From a virus, in the UHGV virus genome UHGV-1428581: 35,768 bases of DNA, one strand, 5' to 3'. This document shows positions 1 to 7,396 of the stretch, piece after piece. The notes under the pieces are model-generated. The model was not told the origin of the DNA. It was given only the letters and a program-made list of their open reading frames with translations, and did no database searches. A program made the position numbers and the translations under genes. How positions within the stretch are numbered: position 1 is the first letter of the stretch; the number at the start of each line of letters is the position of its first letter.

Positions 1-22
1 AAAACCACCCGTAGGTGGTTTC
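1..22 (-). terminator. Rho-independent terminator downstream of the host tRNA locus (read on the minus strand: GAAACCACC-UACG-GGUGGUUUU)
   Basis: Perfect 8-bp inverted repeat AAACCACC/GGTGGTTT with a 4-nt loop. A T-run follows on the minus strand, located 3' of the tRNA remnant. It may be truncated by the window edge. Confidence 0.5.
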
Positions 23-63
23 ACGACACTGCTTATTGCTTTGATTATTCTGCTTTATCCCAA

Positions 64-119
64 TGGTACCCGGAGCGGGACTTGAACCCGCACAGCGCGA
101 ACGCCGAGGGATTTTAAAT
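64..119 (-). other. Partial tRNA-Leu(UAA) 3' segment (anticodon loop through CCA), the displaced att core copy (attR-like) of the prophage
   Basis: Reverse complement of 64-119 reads ATTTAAAATCCCTCGGCGTTCGCGCTGTGCGGGTTCAAGTCCCGCTCCGGGTACCA. From memory this matches the 3' 56 nt of the enterobacterial leuZ-type tRNA-Leu(UAA), including the anticodon loop and the T-arm GGTTCAAGTCC. The 5' half of the tRNA is absent: similarity stops at 120 and no acceptor-stem partner is found. Confidence 0.7.
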
Positions 120-257
120 TGGTGTTGATTATTTTAAATATCAATGAGATATGAAAATAATCCGAACATACACCAATAAACTAGCAGCGAGAAAACAATA
201 AGTTACAGCACTGTTTTAGACTATCTTCTGACGCTTATAATACCCCAGATTCAATAT

Positions 258-497
258 TTATTCAGTCGCACGATACCACGATTGCCAGCGGTAGATATTG
301 GTACGAAGCTCCCGTACGCACTCCGCTGATTGTGTGTCCGCCAGCAGATCAGCGTCGCTATCTGCACCAGCGTTACTTAGTTTGCACGGCCGGTTCATCA
401 AATCCGGGGATGGAGTTGGCCGCGTCGATTGCTCGTTGGCGCAGCTGCACAGCGTCGCTATCAAACTTGCACACAGTACGATTCGGGTCATTGACAT
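258..497 (-). CDS. Rz1-like outer-membrane lipoprotein spanin (o-spanin), nested in the +1 frame inside the Rz gene
   Basis: 79 aa, N-terminal signal with Cys-containing lipobox region (LIATLCSCAN). Pro-rich mature part. Entirely embedded within ORF 373-750 in a different frame, the classic Rz/Rz1 architecture. Confidence 0.6.
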   Translation of the reverse strand: MSMTRIVLCASLIATLCSCANEQSTRPTPSPDLMNRPCKLSNAGADSDADLLADTQSAECVRELRTNIYRWQSWYRATE

Positions 498-732
498 ATT
501 TCACCACATCACGATAAACGGTACGGTAAATCACTTTGGCTTCGGCGTTCGCCGTCGCCGCCTTCTGCTCGCCAGCAGCTACAGCCTTTTCTTGCTTCGG
601 TAGCCTTTCTTTATCCTGGCTGTTTACTTGCTCAGAATGCGCGTACCAGCCTTTCAGATACCCCGCCCAGAAAATGCCGGCGCATACCGCCAGTACGCCA
701 CCAACAATTACCAATTTGGTTTTTCCGTTCAT
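373..732 (-). CDS. Rz-like inner-membrane spanin (i-spanin)
   Basis: N-terminal TM helix (LVIVGGVLAVCAGIFWAGYL) followed by a charged coiled-coil-like region. ATG at 732 overlaps the endolysin stop in an ATGA arrangement; GTG at 750 is an alternative start. Rz1 is nested inside. Confidence 0.65.
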   Translation of the reverse strand: MNGKTKLVIVGGVLAVCAGIFWAGYLKGWYAHSEQVNSQDKERLPKQEKAVAAGEQKAATANAEAKVIYRTVYRDVVKYVNDPNRTVCKFDSDAVQLRQRAIDAANSIPGFDEPAVQTK

Positions 733-1265
733 TCGTATAGCCCCCAGCACGTCAAAGTACTTTCCTGATCCCGGCGGTCAACCTGCCCGTAGCAGCCATT
801 CTTCTGGCCTTTTGTCAGTCGGCAATCCCGGCCACCGTCGAACACCCATCGCCGGATCTCCGCGCATGCACCTTTGCGGTCACCGGCATTTAGTTTGCGG
901 TAGAACGTCGAGGGAAAGCATTTTCCCGGGCCGATGTTGTAGGGGCAGAAGCTGGCGATCCCGACCTTCTGCGGTGGCGTAAGCGGAACGTGCACATTCT
1001 TTTCAACCCACGCCAGCGCCTTATCGCGCTCAATAGCATTAACCTTCCTGCACTGTTCTTCAGTTGCTCTTTGGCCCTTAATAACACGCTTACCATCTAT
1101 AACGGTTACTCCATGGCACAACGACCACACCCCCCCAGGATCAACAACGGCCACCAGCGCGTTACCTTCTTTTTCGCTGATAAACTGATCGAACAGCACC
1201 GGCGCAGATGCACCAGCGGCCAGAAGTGCCAGCATTGCGGCACTGAACTTAGCTTTGTTGCTCAT
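729..1265 (-). CDS. SAR endolysin, T4-lysozyme family (GH24), phage-21 R-like
   Basis: Catalytic E-8aa-D-5aa-T signature ([22 protein letters not shown]). Weakly hydrophobic Gly/Ala-rich N-terminal SAR segment ([19 protein letters not shown]). C-terminal region resembles R21 (GACAEIRRW...). Start chosen at the internal Met (MSNKAKF), which overlaps the holin stop. Confidence 0.85.
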   Translation of the reverse strand: MSNKAKFSAAMLALLAAGASAPVLFDQFISEKEGNALVAVVDPGGVWSLCHGVTVIDGKRVIKGQRATEEQCRKVNAIERDKALAWVEKNVHVPLTPPQKVGIASFCPYNIGPGKCFPSTFYRKLNAGDRKGACAEIRRWVFDGGRDCRLTKGQKNGCYGQVDRRDQESTLTCWGLYE

Positions 1266-1479
1266 AGTCCTGTGCCTTCCGCCGATCGTCTTTGATTTTG
1301 AAATACAGATTGGTGAGGTAGGTAAGCAGCCCAAAAACAATACTGGCCAGAACACCTATAGCCGCCCACTGGCTGGGGCTTACCTTATCGAGAAGTTGCA
1401 GCAGCCAGTAGCTGCCGCTGACGGTGGATGTGATATAGGACGTTCCCGCCGCCACATCCGGCAAATTCTTCATTCGCAT
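1249..1479 (-). CDS. Class II holin / pinholin, phage-21 S-like, with dual-start motif MRM
   Basis: 76 aa. [11 protein letters not shown]...[16 protein letters not shown] closely resembles S21 pinholin. Two TM segments. Met1-Arg-Met3 dual start typical of holin/antiholin pairs. Confidence 0.85.
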   Translation of the reverse strand: MRMKNLPDVAAGTSYITSTVSGSYWLLQLLDKVSPSQWAAIGVLASIVFGLLTYLTNLYFKIKDDRRKAQDYEQQS

Positions 1480-1535
1480 GCCTTACCCCCATGGGGATCA
1501 CTATGTAGAGTAGTGTGAGGGTAAGGTGTGGTTCA

Positions 1536-1551
1536 GGTCGGAATCCCGACC
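1536..1551. promoter_or_regulatory. 16-bp palindrome GGTCGGAATCCCGACC (copy 1 of 5), 57 nt upstream of the holin start
   Basis: Perfect inverted repeat GGTCGG-AATC-CCGACC. Identical 16-mer at 4902 and 17735; degenerate copies at 6841 and 21689. Confidence 0.5.
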
Positions 1552-1683
1552 TTATCAACCAGGTAGGATATCCAAATCAACAGCAAGCTTTTCAGCGTCG
1601 CTGATTTCAACATTGTTTTCTTCAATGGCTACTGATTCCTGCCGATACTCAAGATTTTCCTCTGACAGATAGTTTTCTTCCAT

Positions 1684-4600
1684 TTACGCCCAGCCTTTGG
1701 ATTTAATGAATCGCGCTACAAAATCTGCGTTGACCTGAACACCTGACCATAATGCATTAGCCTGACGATAACGCGACGGATGAAGGTTGTCATAACGCAG
1801 GGAGGATGGTGTTATGCCGTTTCCGATATCAGTTACATCCTGCGCATAATCAGGATTGTGGTGGTTTTTAAAGTTTTGCAGAAGATCCACCCCGCCGATT
1901 TCACAGTAGTTATCCGGCCAGGCCGCTTTGAGTTGCGCATTATAATTTGTCACAGTCGTTGCTCCTGCCGTTCCTGTCTTTTCATACGAATACGGGAATT
2001 CCGGCAGGATAACGAATTTCCCTGTACCCAGTGAATTGACGATAGCGGTCACATCGCTGATACCTTTAGCCCATGATGCGTTGTTTCGCATGCACTGGAT
2101 TATCACTATGTCATTTTTGAATGTCGGGTGGTCAGTCAGGTATTTTGTTGACCAGCTGTTCTGACGAACCCAGGACAATACAGTCATGGGTACCGCAGAA
2201 GGTACAGAAACAGCCTCACCCGGAGATGAGCGGGTGAATGTGATTTTTGACATATTTCCCCCAACATTTGTAGCGTTGATGATGCCCTCTACCCCGGCAA
2301 GTGTCACGTAGGCCCACGCTCCGCCATTCCATACAGCTTCTTCCTGTGGGGACAGTTCAACCGCGCCACTGGCGGGTATAACCCCACCTGCTGGCATGTA
2401 GGAATTTTTGTATGCGCCGAAAACAAGCGCGGTCTCTGTGGAGTTGGCACCGCCGCGAGCATAGTTAAACGCCCGCAGGCCCAGAGATTCAGAAACCCCG
2501 TTTGCAAAACCCTGTTCCGACAGAAACGAATGGCCAAACAGACTGATTCCGGTGGCGTCGTTTGTCTTTGTCGTTGTGTTTACCGTCGCTTTTGCGATTA
2601 ACCGGATGCGCGTTCCTGTCCCGATGCAAGCCGGGATATCACTGATAATGTCAGAGCCGTACCGCCTGGCAATGCATAGCTGCGCCGGATCGTCAGCGAG
2701 GAAGTAAGCAAAAAGCTCGCTGCCGGGCAGAAAGTTATTGTTCATCCCTGAAACGTAAGTCACTTCCACGCTTTGTTTTTTAAGCAAAAGCCCGTTCAGG
2801 GGGTTGAAAGTCCCGATATATAAATTTCCGTTCCCTCCACTTGCTGTCAGATGAAGGTCAATTTCATAGATAATCGAGTTATCATCAATCGTGTAAGCCG
2901 CGCTGGATGAAATCATGCTGATATTATTGTAACCGGCCCTCAGAACTGGCGTTGTAACCCCTTTATAATTTTTGAACTTCTGGGCGAAAAGCACTTCACG
3001 GATATAGCCAGATGCACCGTCATTGATAAAGTTGGTATCATCAAAGATAGTGTTAGTTCCGGATGCTGAATAGGAAAAATTATCGTTTTTAGTAGTATAT
3101 AGCCTGTTTCCCAGAATATTACAGTTGAACCCCGCAGCAGCCAGAGCCTGCCGGTTTTCCTTCAGGGAGTAAGCACCAAAAATAGTTTCATATTCGCTGG
3201 TTTTTTTACAGACATTATTAACAATGACTGCATCACTGGATGCATAAATCCAAAAGTCTACGGTACGGTTATCCTGAGAGAAGTTTCCGGATGCCTGAAT
3301 CCCGTTAACATTATTAGTTTCTGAGGGTGTTCCTGACACACCAATATCAATGCCACGGTTGAAATTATGCCTGACCGTATTATTTAAGTATTTATTTGAA
3401 TGCGAGTACGACCCGTTACCCCCAAGGTAGATACCAGACTGACCGTTGCATTCGCATGTGTTGTTGCTGATAGTGCAGCGCACAGAACCCTCCCCGGTAA
3501 TCCCATCCCAGAAAGGTGAAGTTGGATACCAGTCCTGTAAAAACTCATCAACAAAATGATTATTACAGTAATTATTGTCTATCAGAAAATCTTCACCACG
3601 ATGAGTAATCCCCATGGAGCAATACTGAATATCGCAAAACAAAATTTTGTTTCCGGCACCAGTACAGCGAATTCCATTGCTGAAGCCCATGACAGTATCA
3701 CCGGGCTTTCCGTTTATGGTCAGTCCATTGATTGTGCAGTCTTTCGAGTTTGCCTGGAGAAATACGCCGTATACCTGAACCGCTGAAATGCTCCCCTGAC
3801 CGCCCGTGTTGAAATAGACACCAAAGTTTTCAAGCCTTGACCCCACGCAAGCCATATTAAAAATAATGTGCATAGGTTCAGCGGGTGCTGTTTCCAGATA
3901 AACACCTGTTTCTGGCCCACCGCCACGGATTGTAACCCCATCCGGTATATCGAAAGACGATGATATTTTATATAGGGAACCCAATATTATTAATTTCACC
4001 GGGCCTTTTTTTGCGGCTTCAATGGTGCGATGAAGTGCCAATGAGAAATCATCATCGAGGGTTATATTTTCACTGAACATTTCAGGAGTCAGAAACCCAA
4101 GGCCGCCGATATTAGAAGCACCAGTAGGTTTTGCCAGTTCAATCATAACATCGGATGCGGATCCAGATTCTGGCAGGATCATTATCGGATTGCCGTCATT
4201 ATTCATTGCGACAATCTTATTTCTCCGCATTACCACCGAAGGTAGAGAGCCTATGTAACTCTCAGGCACACGTAAAGTTCGTATGAAATTGGCGTCGATC
4301 TTCTGATCAAGTTTTTTATCTGCCTCTTTCCATGCGTCCGTATTAGCATCAATTTTGTCATCAACATACTTTTTAGTTGTAGCATCATTGTCATCAATCG
4401 GATCTCCGAGGTTGGCGATTCGATAACCATCAGCGTTAAATGGACCTCCACCAAACAATGGGCGGCGAAGTGCAACACCGAGGTAAATAAACGCGCGTTG
4501 AATGGCCATCCATAGCCGGTCGAAATCTTTGTTAACCGTGTCGGCCAGAAGGTCGCCGTTGTCCTGGTAATCAGTGAGCCTGTACGTCGGCGTTACACGC

Positions 4601-4821
4601 TCAAAAATGACCGTAGAGCCATTCGCCGGCGCGGTAAGAAAAGTAATCTCGCCGCCATTGGTATTACCCACACCTGACACGGTATAGCCGGACGTTACTT
4701 CATTGCCGTTGATTGTCACCTGAATATCGCTGGCGCTAATCAGGTAAAATTCATAGGCAAAGACAGTGGTCAGCCCGTTGGCAGTATAGATGTTATAGGG
4801 TGTCTGGTTCGGTACCGACAT
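1684..4821 (-). CDS. Tailspike / tail fibre: T7 gp17-like N-terminal tail-adaptor domain, central right-handed beta-helix (pectate-lyase-like depolymerase), additional C-terminal domain
   Basis: N-terminal segment (PYNIYTANGLTTVFAYEFYLISASDIQVTINGNEV) resembles the T7 tail-fibre N-terminal domain. The middle region has beta-helix repeat character (NNTCECNGQSGIYLGGNGSYSHSNKYLNNTVRHNFNRGIDIG). Start set at the internal Met (MSVPNQ) at 4821, with GGAG upstream and 18 nt after the TerL stop. Confidence 0.8.
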   Translation of the reverse strand: MSVPNQTPYNIYTANGLTTVFAYEFYLISASDIQVTINGNEVTSGYTVSGVGNTNGGEITFLTAPANGSTVIFERVTPTYRLTDYQDNGDLLADTVNKDFDRLWMAIQRAFIYLGVALRRPLFGGGPFNADGYRIANLGDPIDDNDATTKKYVDDKIDANTDAWKEADKKLDQKIDANFIRTLRVPESYIGSLPSVVMRRNKIVAMNNDGNPIMILPESGSASDVMIELAKPTGASNIGGLGFLTPEMFSENITLDDDFSLALHRTIEAAKKGPVKLIILGSLYKISSSFDIPDGVTIRGGGPETGVYLETAPAEPMHIIFNMACVGSRLENFGVYFNTGGQGSISAVQVYGVFLQANSKDCTINGLTINGKPGDTVMGFSNGIRCTGAGNKILFCDIQYCSMGITHRGEDFLIDNNYCNNHFVDEFLQDWYPTSPFWDGITGEGSVRCTISNNTCECNGQSGIYLGGNGSYSHSNKYLNNTVRHNFNRGIDIGVSGTPSETNNVNGIQASGNFSQDNRTVDFWIYASSDAVIVNNVCKKTSEYETIFGAYSLKENRQALAAAGFNCNILGNRLYTTKNDNFSYSASGTNTIFDDTNFINDGASGYIREVLFAQKFKNYKGVTTPVLRAGYNNISMISSSAAYTIDDNSIIYEIDLHLTASGGNGNLYIGTFNPLNGLLLKKQSVEVTYVSGMNNNFLPGSELFAYFLADDPAQLCIARRYGSDIISDIPACIGTGTRIRLIAKATVNTTTKTNDATGISLFGHSFLSEQGFANGVSESLGLRAFNYARGGANSTETALVFGAYKNSYMPAGGVIPASGAVELSPQEEAVWNGGAWAYVTLAGVEGIINATNVGGNMSKITFTRSSPGEAVSVPSAVPMTVLSWVRQNSWSTKYLTDHPTFKNDIVIIQCMRNNASWAKGISDVTAIVNSLGTGKFVILPEFPYSYEKTGTAGATTVTNYNAQLKAAWPDNYCEIGGVDLLQNFKNHHNPDYAQDVTDIGNGITPSSLRYDNLHPSRYRQANALWSGVQVNADFVARFIKSKGWA

Positions 4822-4838
4822 ACGAGGGACTCCGGCGG

Positions 4839-6449
4839 CTAGTAATCTACGGCGACCATGTGATCGCCATCGTTTGGTTGCCAATGTTCCCGCGCCTGTG
4901 CGGTCGGAATCCCGACCAATTTACCAATGCGCACTGGTGTTGAACTGATAGCGCCGGAGCCGGAGTCGATAAAGTCATCGGGCTGATTAGTCAGCGCCGG
5001 GTTAAAGTCGCGCATCTGGTCGTACATTGGGCCGTCGAGCACGTCGGTATGCGCCCAGAGGAACTGCGACGACAGCGGTGCCTCGAAGGCATCGAGGATG
5101 CGTTTTTGCTTGTTGGTGACGCTGAACTCTTCCCGTACGCCGCAGCCGGTACCCTTCAGCGCCTGAATCAACAGTTTCCCGGCGAAGCTGCCCGGGCCGT
5201 TCACTTCAACGCATACCAGCGGGATCTGATACTTCAGCACCAGTTCTTTAATCTGCATCACCTGACCGCCGGTGATTTTGTCGTTGTCGTCGAATTCAGC
5301 CAGTTCACCGGTAAGCCCCTGACAAACATGCCAGTACAGGTGTCCTCGTGCGTCGGTGAAAATCAGGGAGAATGCCGAGGCATCAGCCTTAACTTTGCCG
5401 GTGGCCACATCCCACCACGCGACAGCACCAACTATTTGTGTCTGGCCCAGCCACATCGAGCAGGAGCGGTTCGCGTATCGGATTTCGGGCTGGACGTTAT
5501 ACTCGCGGATACGGTCGGGATCGAGTCGAACTTTACCAATCGGTTTACTGTGCAGCTGGTACTGGCTGTCCCATTCGTTGACGGTGCGGCACTCTTTACG
5601 GCGCAGCAGCAGTTCATCATGATCGAAACGGCCCGGCCACGCGCAACCGGCGTAAAAATCCACGACCGTTTCGGGCGGCGCCGCGAACTCTACGCCGTCT
5701 TCCGTCAATCGGTAATCAGTACCCTCGATCAGTAGCCTGGCGGCTTTGTGGATCCCCACGAAAACATATTCCGGGCGGAACGGTACCCGGTATCGTTTTC
5801 TGGTCGCCTTCTTCGCTTCGACGCGATGCTCTTTATCGAACAGCTTTATCGTGAGGCAATCAGCGCCCTCCGCTTCTTTTTCATCGTAAAGGCTGTCGTG
5901 GGTATGCGGAGTACCGATGAACAACTTACGGCCTCCGGGTATCAAAATATGCGTCTGCTCGCTTAGGCGATAGCGCAGTTTTTCGCGAGCCTCCGGAGTC
6001 TGGATATTGCCGGGTACCTCCACGTCATCATTCTGGCACTCGTTGGCACGGGCGCCGGTAACGTTCGACAGAATGCCTTTTGCGAACATGCTGGCGTTAC
6101 GCATATCCAGCGCGCCGTTTACCCACCATTGCTCGATGGTACCGATGCCGTCAGGCAACATGCCTTTCGTCAGTGGATGGTTGCGCAGAACGTTTTGTGT
6201 ATCGCGGCTGGTCTTTCTGGCGGTCGTATCGGATTCTGACTGGTGCAAAATGCGGTACTGGCGATCGCAGTAATACCGCCAGGCGTTATAAACGCCCAGG
6301 ATAGTGGATTTACCAAAGCCACGAAAACAGCGAAGCACCGCGAGGTTTCCGCGATGCTCCAGCCAGTGGCAGGCTTTATAGTGGCAGTCCGGCACATCCC
6401 AGTTCATCCGCTCCGCCCACATCAGGAAAAAGGCGAGGAACGAAATCAT
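4839..6449 (-). CDS. Terminase large subunit
   Basis: 536 aa. Walker A motif FRGFGKSTILG near the N-terminus. C-terminal nuclease-like domain with acidic residues. ATGA overlap with the upstream small terminase gene. Confidence 0.85.
   Translation of the reverse strand: MISFLAFFLMWAERMNWDVPDCHYKACHWLEHRGNLAVLRCFRGFGKSTILGVYNAWRYYCDRQYRILHQSESDTTARKTSRDTQNVLRNHPLTKGMLPDGIGTIEQWWVNGALDMRNASMFAKGILSNVTGARANECQNDDVEVPGNIQTPEAREKLRYRLSEQTHILIPGGRKLFIGTPHTHDSLYDEKEAEGADCLTIKLFDKEHRVEAKKATRKRYRVPFRPEYVFVGIHKAARLLIEGTDYRLTEDGVEFAAPPETVVDFYAGCAWPGRFDHDELLLRRKECRTVNEWDSQYQLHSKPIGKVRLDPDRIREYNVQPEIRYANRSCSMWLGQTQIVGAVAWWDVATGKVKADASAFSLIFTDARGHLYWHVCQGLTGELAEFDDNDKITGGQVMQIKELVLKYQIPLVCVEVNGPGSFAGKLLIQALKGTGCGVREEFSVTNKQKRILDAFEAPLSSQFLWAHTDVLDGPMYDQMRDFNPALTNQPDDFIDSGSGAISSTPVRIGKLVGIPTAQAREHWQPNDGDHMVAVDY
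4902..4917. promoter_or_regulatory. Palindrome GGTCGGAATCCCGACC (copy 2), inside the 3' end of the TerL coding region, 81 nt upstream of the tailspike start
   Basis: Exact 16-mer; encodes VGIPT in TerL. Confidence 0.5.
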
Positions 6450-6793
6450 TTTTTGCCTTTTTGTTGCAGCCTCTCGATCACTTCCAGCGCTTTACGTTCA
6501 GCAGCTGCTACCTGCTGACCTAACTGGAACGCTTCATCGTCCGGATCCTCCCCGCCGGGTTTAGGCGTTCCCCCGCGCGTGTGCATGCCAATCAGCGAGT
6601 GGACTTTTACCAGCAGCGTCAGCGATGCGGCCGCGTTCTTCTTATGCCAGTAGCGGTCGCCGCGTTCCTGTTTTGTGTGCTTTGTGATTTCCTTCCCTGC
6701 CCCCGGCCAGTTGTCCGGATCGGCTTCTTCCAGAACTACATCGGTGAGCTTATCGCTAAGAGCGGTCAGGCGGGTTTTGTAATCTGAATGCAT
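6446..6793 (-). CDS. Putative terminase small subunit
   Basis: 115-aa basic/acidic protein immediately upstream of, and translationally coupled (ATGA) to, the terminase large subunit. Called by position; no motif seen. Confidence 0.5.
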   Translation of the reverse strand: MHSDYKTRLTALSDKLTDVVLEEADPDNWPGAGKEITKHTKQERGDRYWHKKNAAASLTLLVKVHSLIGMHTRGGTPKPGGEDPDDEAFQLGQQVAAAERKALEVIERLQQKGKK

Positions 6794-6796
6794 AAA

Positions 6797-6822
6797 AAAG
6801 CCCCGTGGTTATCCATGGGGCT
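6797..6822 (-). terminator. Rho-independent terminator on the minus strand whose U-tract runs directly into the TerS start codon
   Basis: Minus-strand RNA AGCCCCAUGG-AUAA-CCACGGGGCU followed by UUUUUUAUG. The stem is 10 bp with one mismatch. No other SD between the stem and the ATG. Confidence 0.6.
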
Positions 6823-6840
6823 ATGATGTATGCTTTTCGA

Positions 6841-6856
6841 GGTCGGAATCCTGACT
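6841..6856. promoter_or_regulatory. Degenerate copy of the palindrome (GGTCGGAATCCTGACT), copy 3
   Basis: 13/16 identity to the consensus. It sits between TerS and the plus-strand moron. Confidence 0.35.
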
Positions 6857-6874
6857 ATTACAAGGAGCATAAGA

Positions 6875-7396
6875 ATGAAAAAACTAATACCTTTATTGCT
6901 AATTTTTCCCTTTATTGCCTTTTCCTCCACAGATTTAGTTGAGGATTCAGGATATATCGTACCAATATCAGGCCCAGGAATACAAATTACTAACCCGTAC
7001 ACTGATTATAAGGTCATTAGCGGTATCGACAACGGTAAAAAAATTGTACTAAATGTGTCGGTATTAAACCTACGTACCTACAAAGAGAATGCAGACCTAA
7101 GCGAATCTAATAAAAATTATGCTGAAGGAAGTAAAACTATATACAGTTATGGCGATAACGTTTATACAAAGGATTTTATAAAATTCTCCTCGGAAGCCGC
7201 TATAAACTCGACAAAAGAAGACTTAAAAAAATTATATTGTACACCTGATGATATTTACCCTATGTCATCACAGGAGAGACTATTCTACGAAGCAAGGAAA
7301 GAACATAAGATAATAATGCTCAATTACTACAGTGATTCAGGAAAAACCCTCATATTTGGGTTTGGGGTTTCTCCAGAATCATGTAAATCGAAATAG
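6875..7396 (+). CDS. Moron: low-GC secreted or periplasmic protein of unknown function, encoded antisense to the late operon
   Basis: 173 aa. AAGGAG 7 nt upstream of ATG. Sec-type signal peptide (MKKLIPLLLIFPFIAFSS). The gene is strongly AT-rich relative to flanking phage DNA. Its stop abuts the stop of the convergent 1001-aa gene (TAGCTA). Confidence 0.75.
   Translation: MKKLIPLLLIFPFIAFSSTDLVEDSGYIVPISGPGIQITNPYTDYKVISGIDNGKKIVLNVSVLNLRTYKENADLSESNKNYAEGSKTIYSYGDNVYTKDFIKFSSEAAINSTKEDLKKLYCTPDDIYPMSSQERLFYEARKEHKIIMLNYYSDSGKTLIFGFGVSPESCKSK

Noticed and set aside
850-1100. Possible SGNH or esterase or other extra enzymatic activity in the endolysin, and Cys-rich stretches in its C-terminus.
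   Set aside because: The sequence fits a single-domain SAR GH24 lysozyme of R21 type. The cysteines match the known SAR-endolysin disulfide-isomerisation pattern, not an extra domain.
4822-4884. N-terminal extensions of several ORFs in the six-frame track (tailspike MATKRWRSHGRRR..., capsid MLIWAGKPTPRRR..., endolysin MFWPVLFLG..., erf-fusion MTCARNQEERP..., gp14-like MVERTWRRSD...).
   Set aside because: In each case an internal Met with a proper SD and sensible spacing from the upstream stop gives the biologically coherent start. The extensions overlap upstream genes or terminators.
5049-5735. Long plus-strand ORFs antisense to minus-strand genes (for example 5049-5735, 9537-10130, 11428-12180, 16820-17581, 19322-20206, 24918-25427).
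   Set aside because: Each lies entirely inside a longer minus-strand ORF with clear protein-family signatures and operon coupling. They are antisense shadow ORFs.
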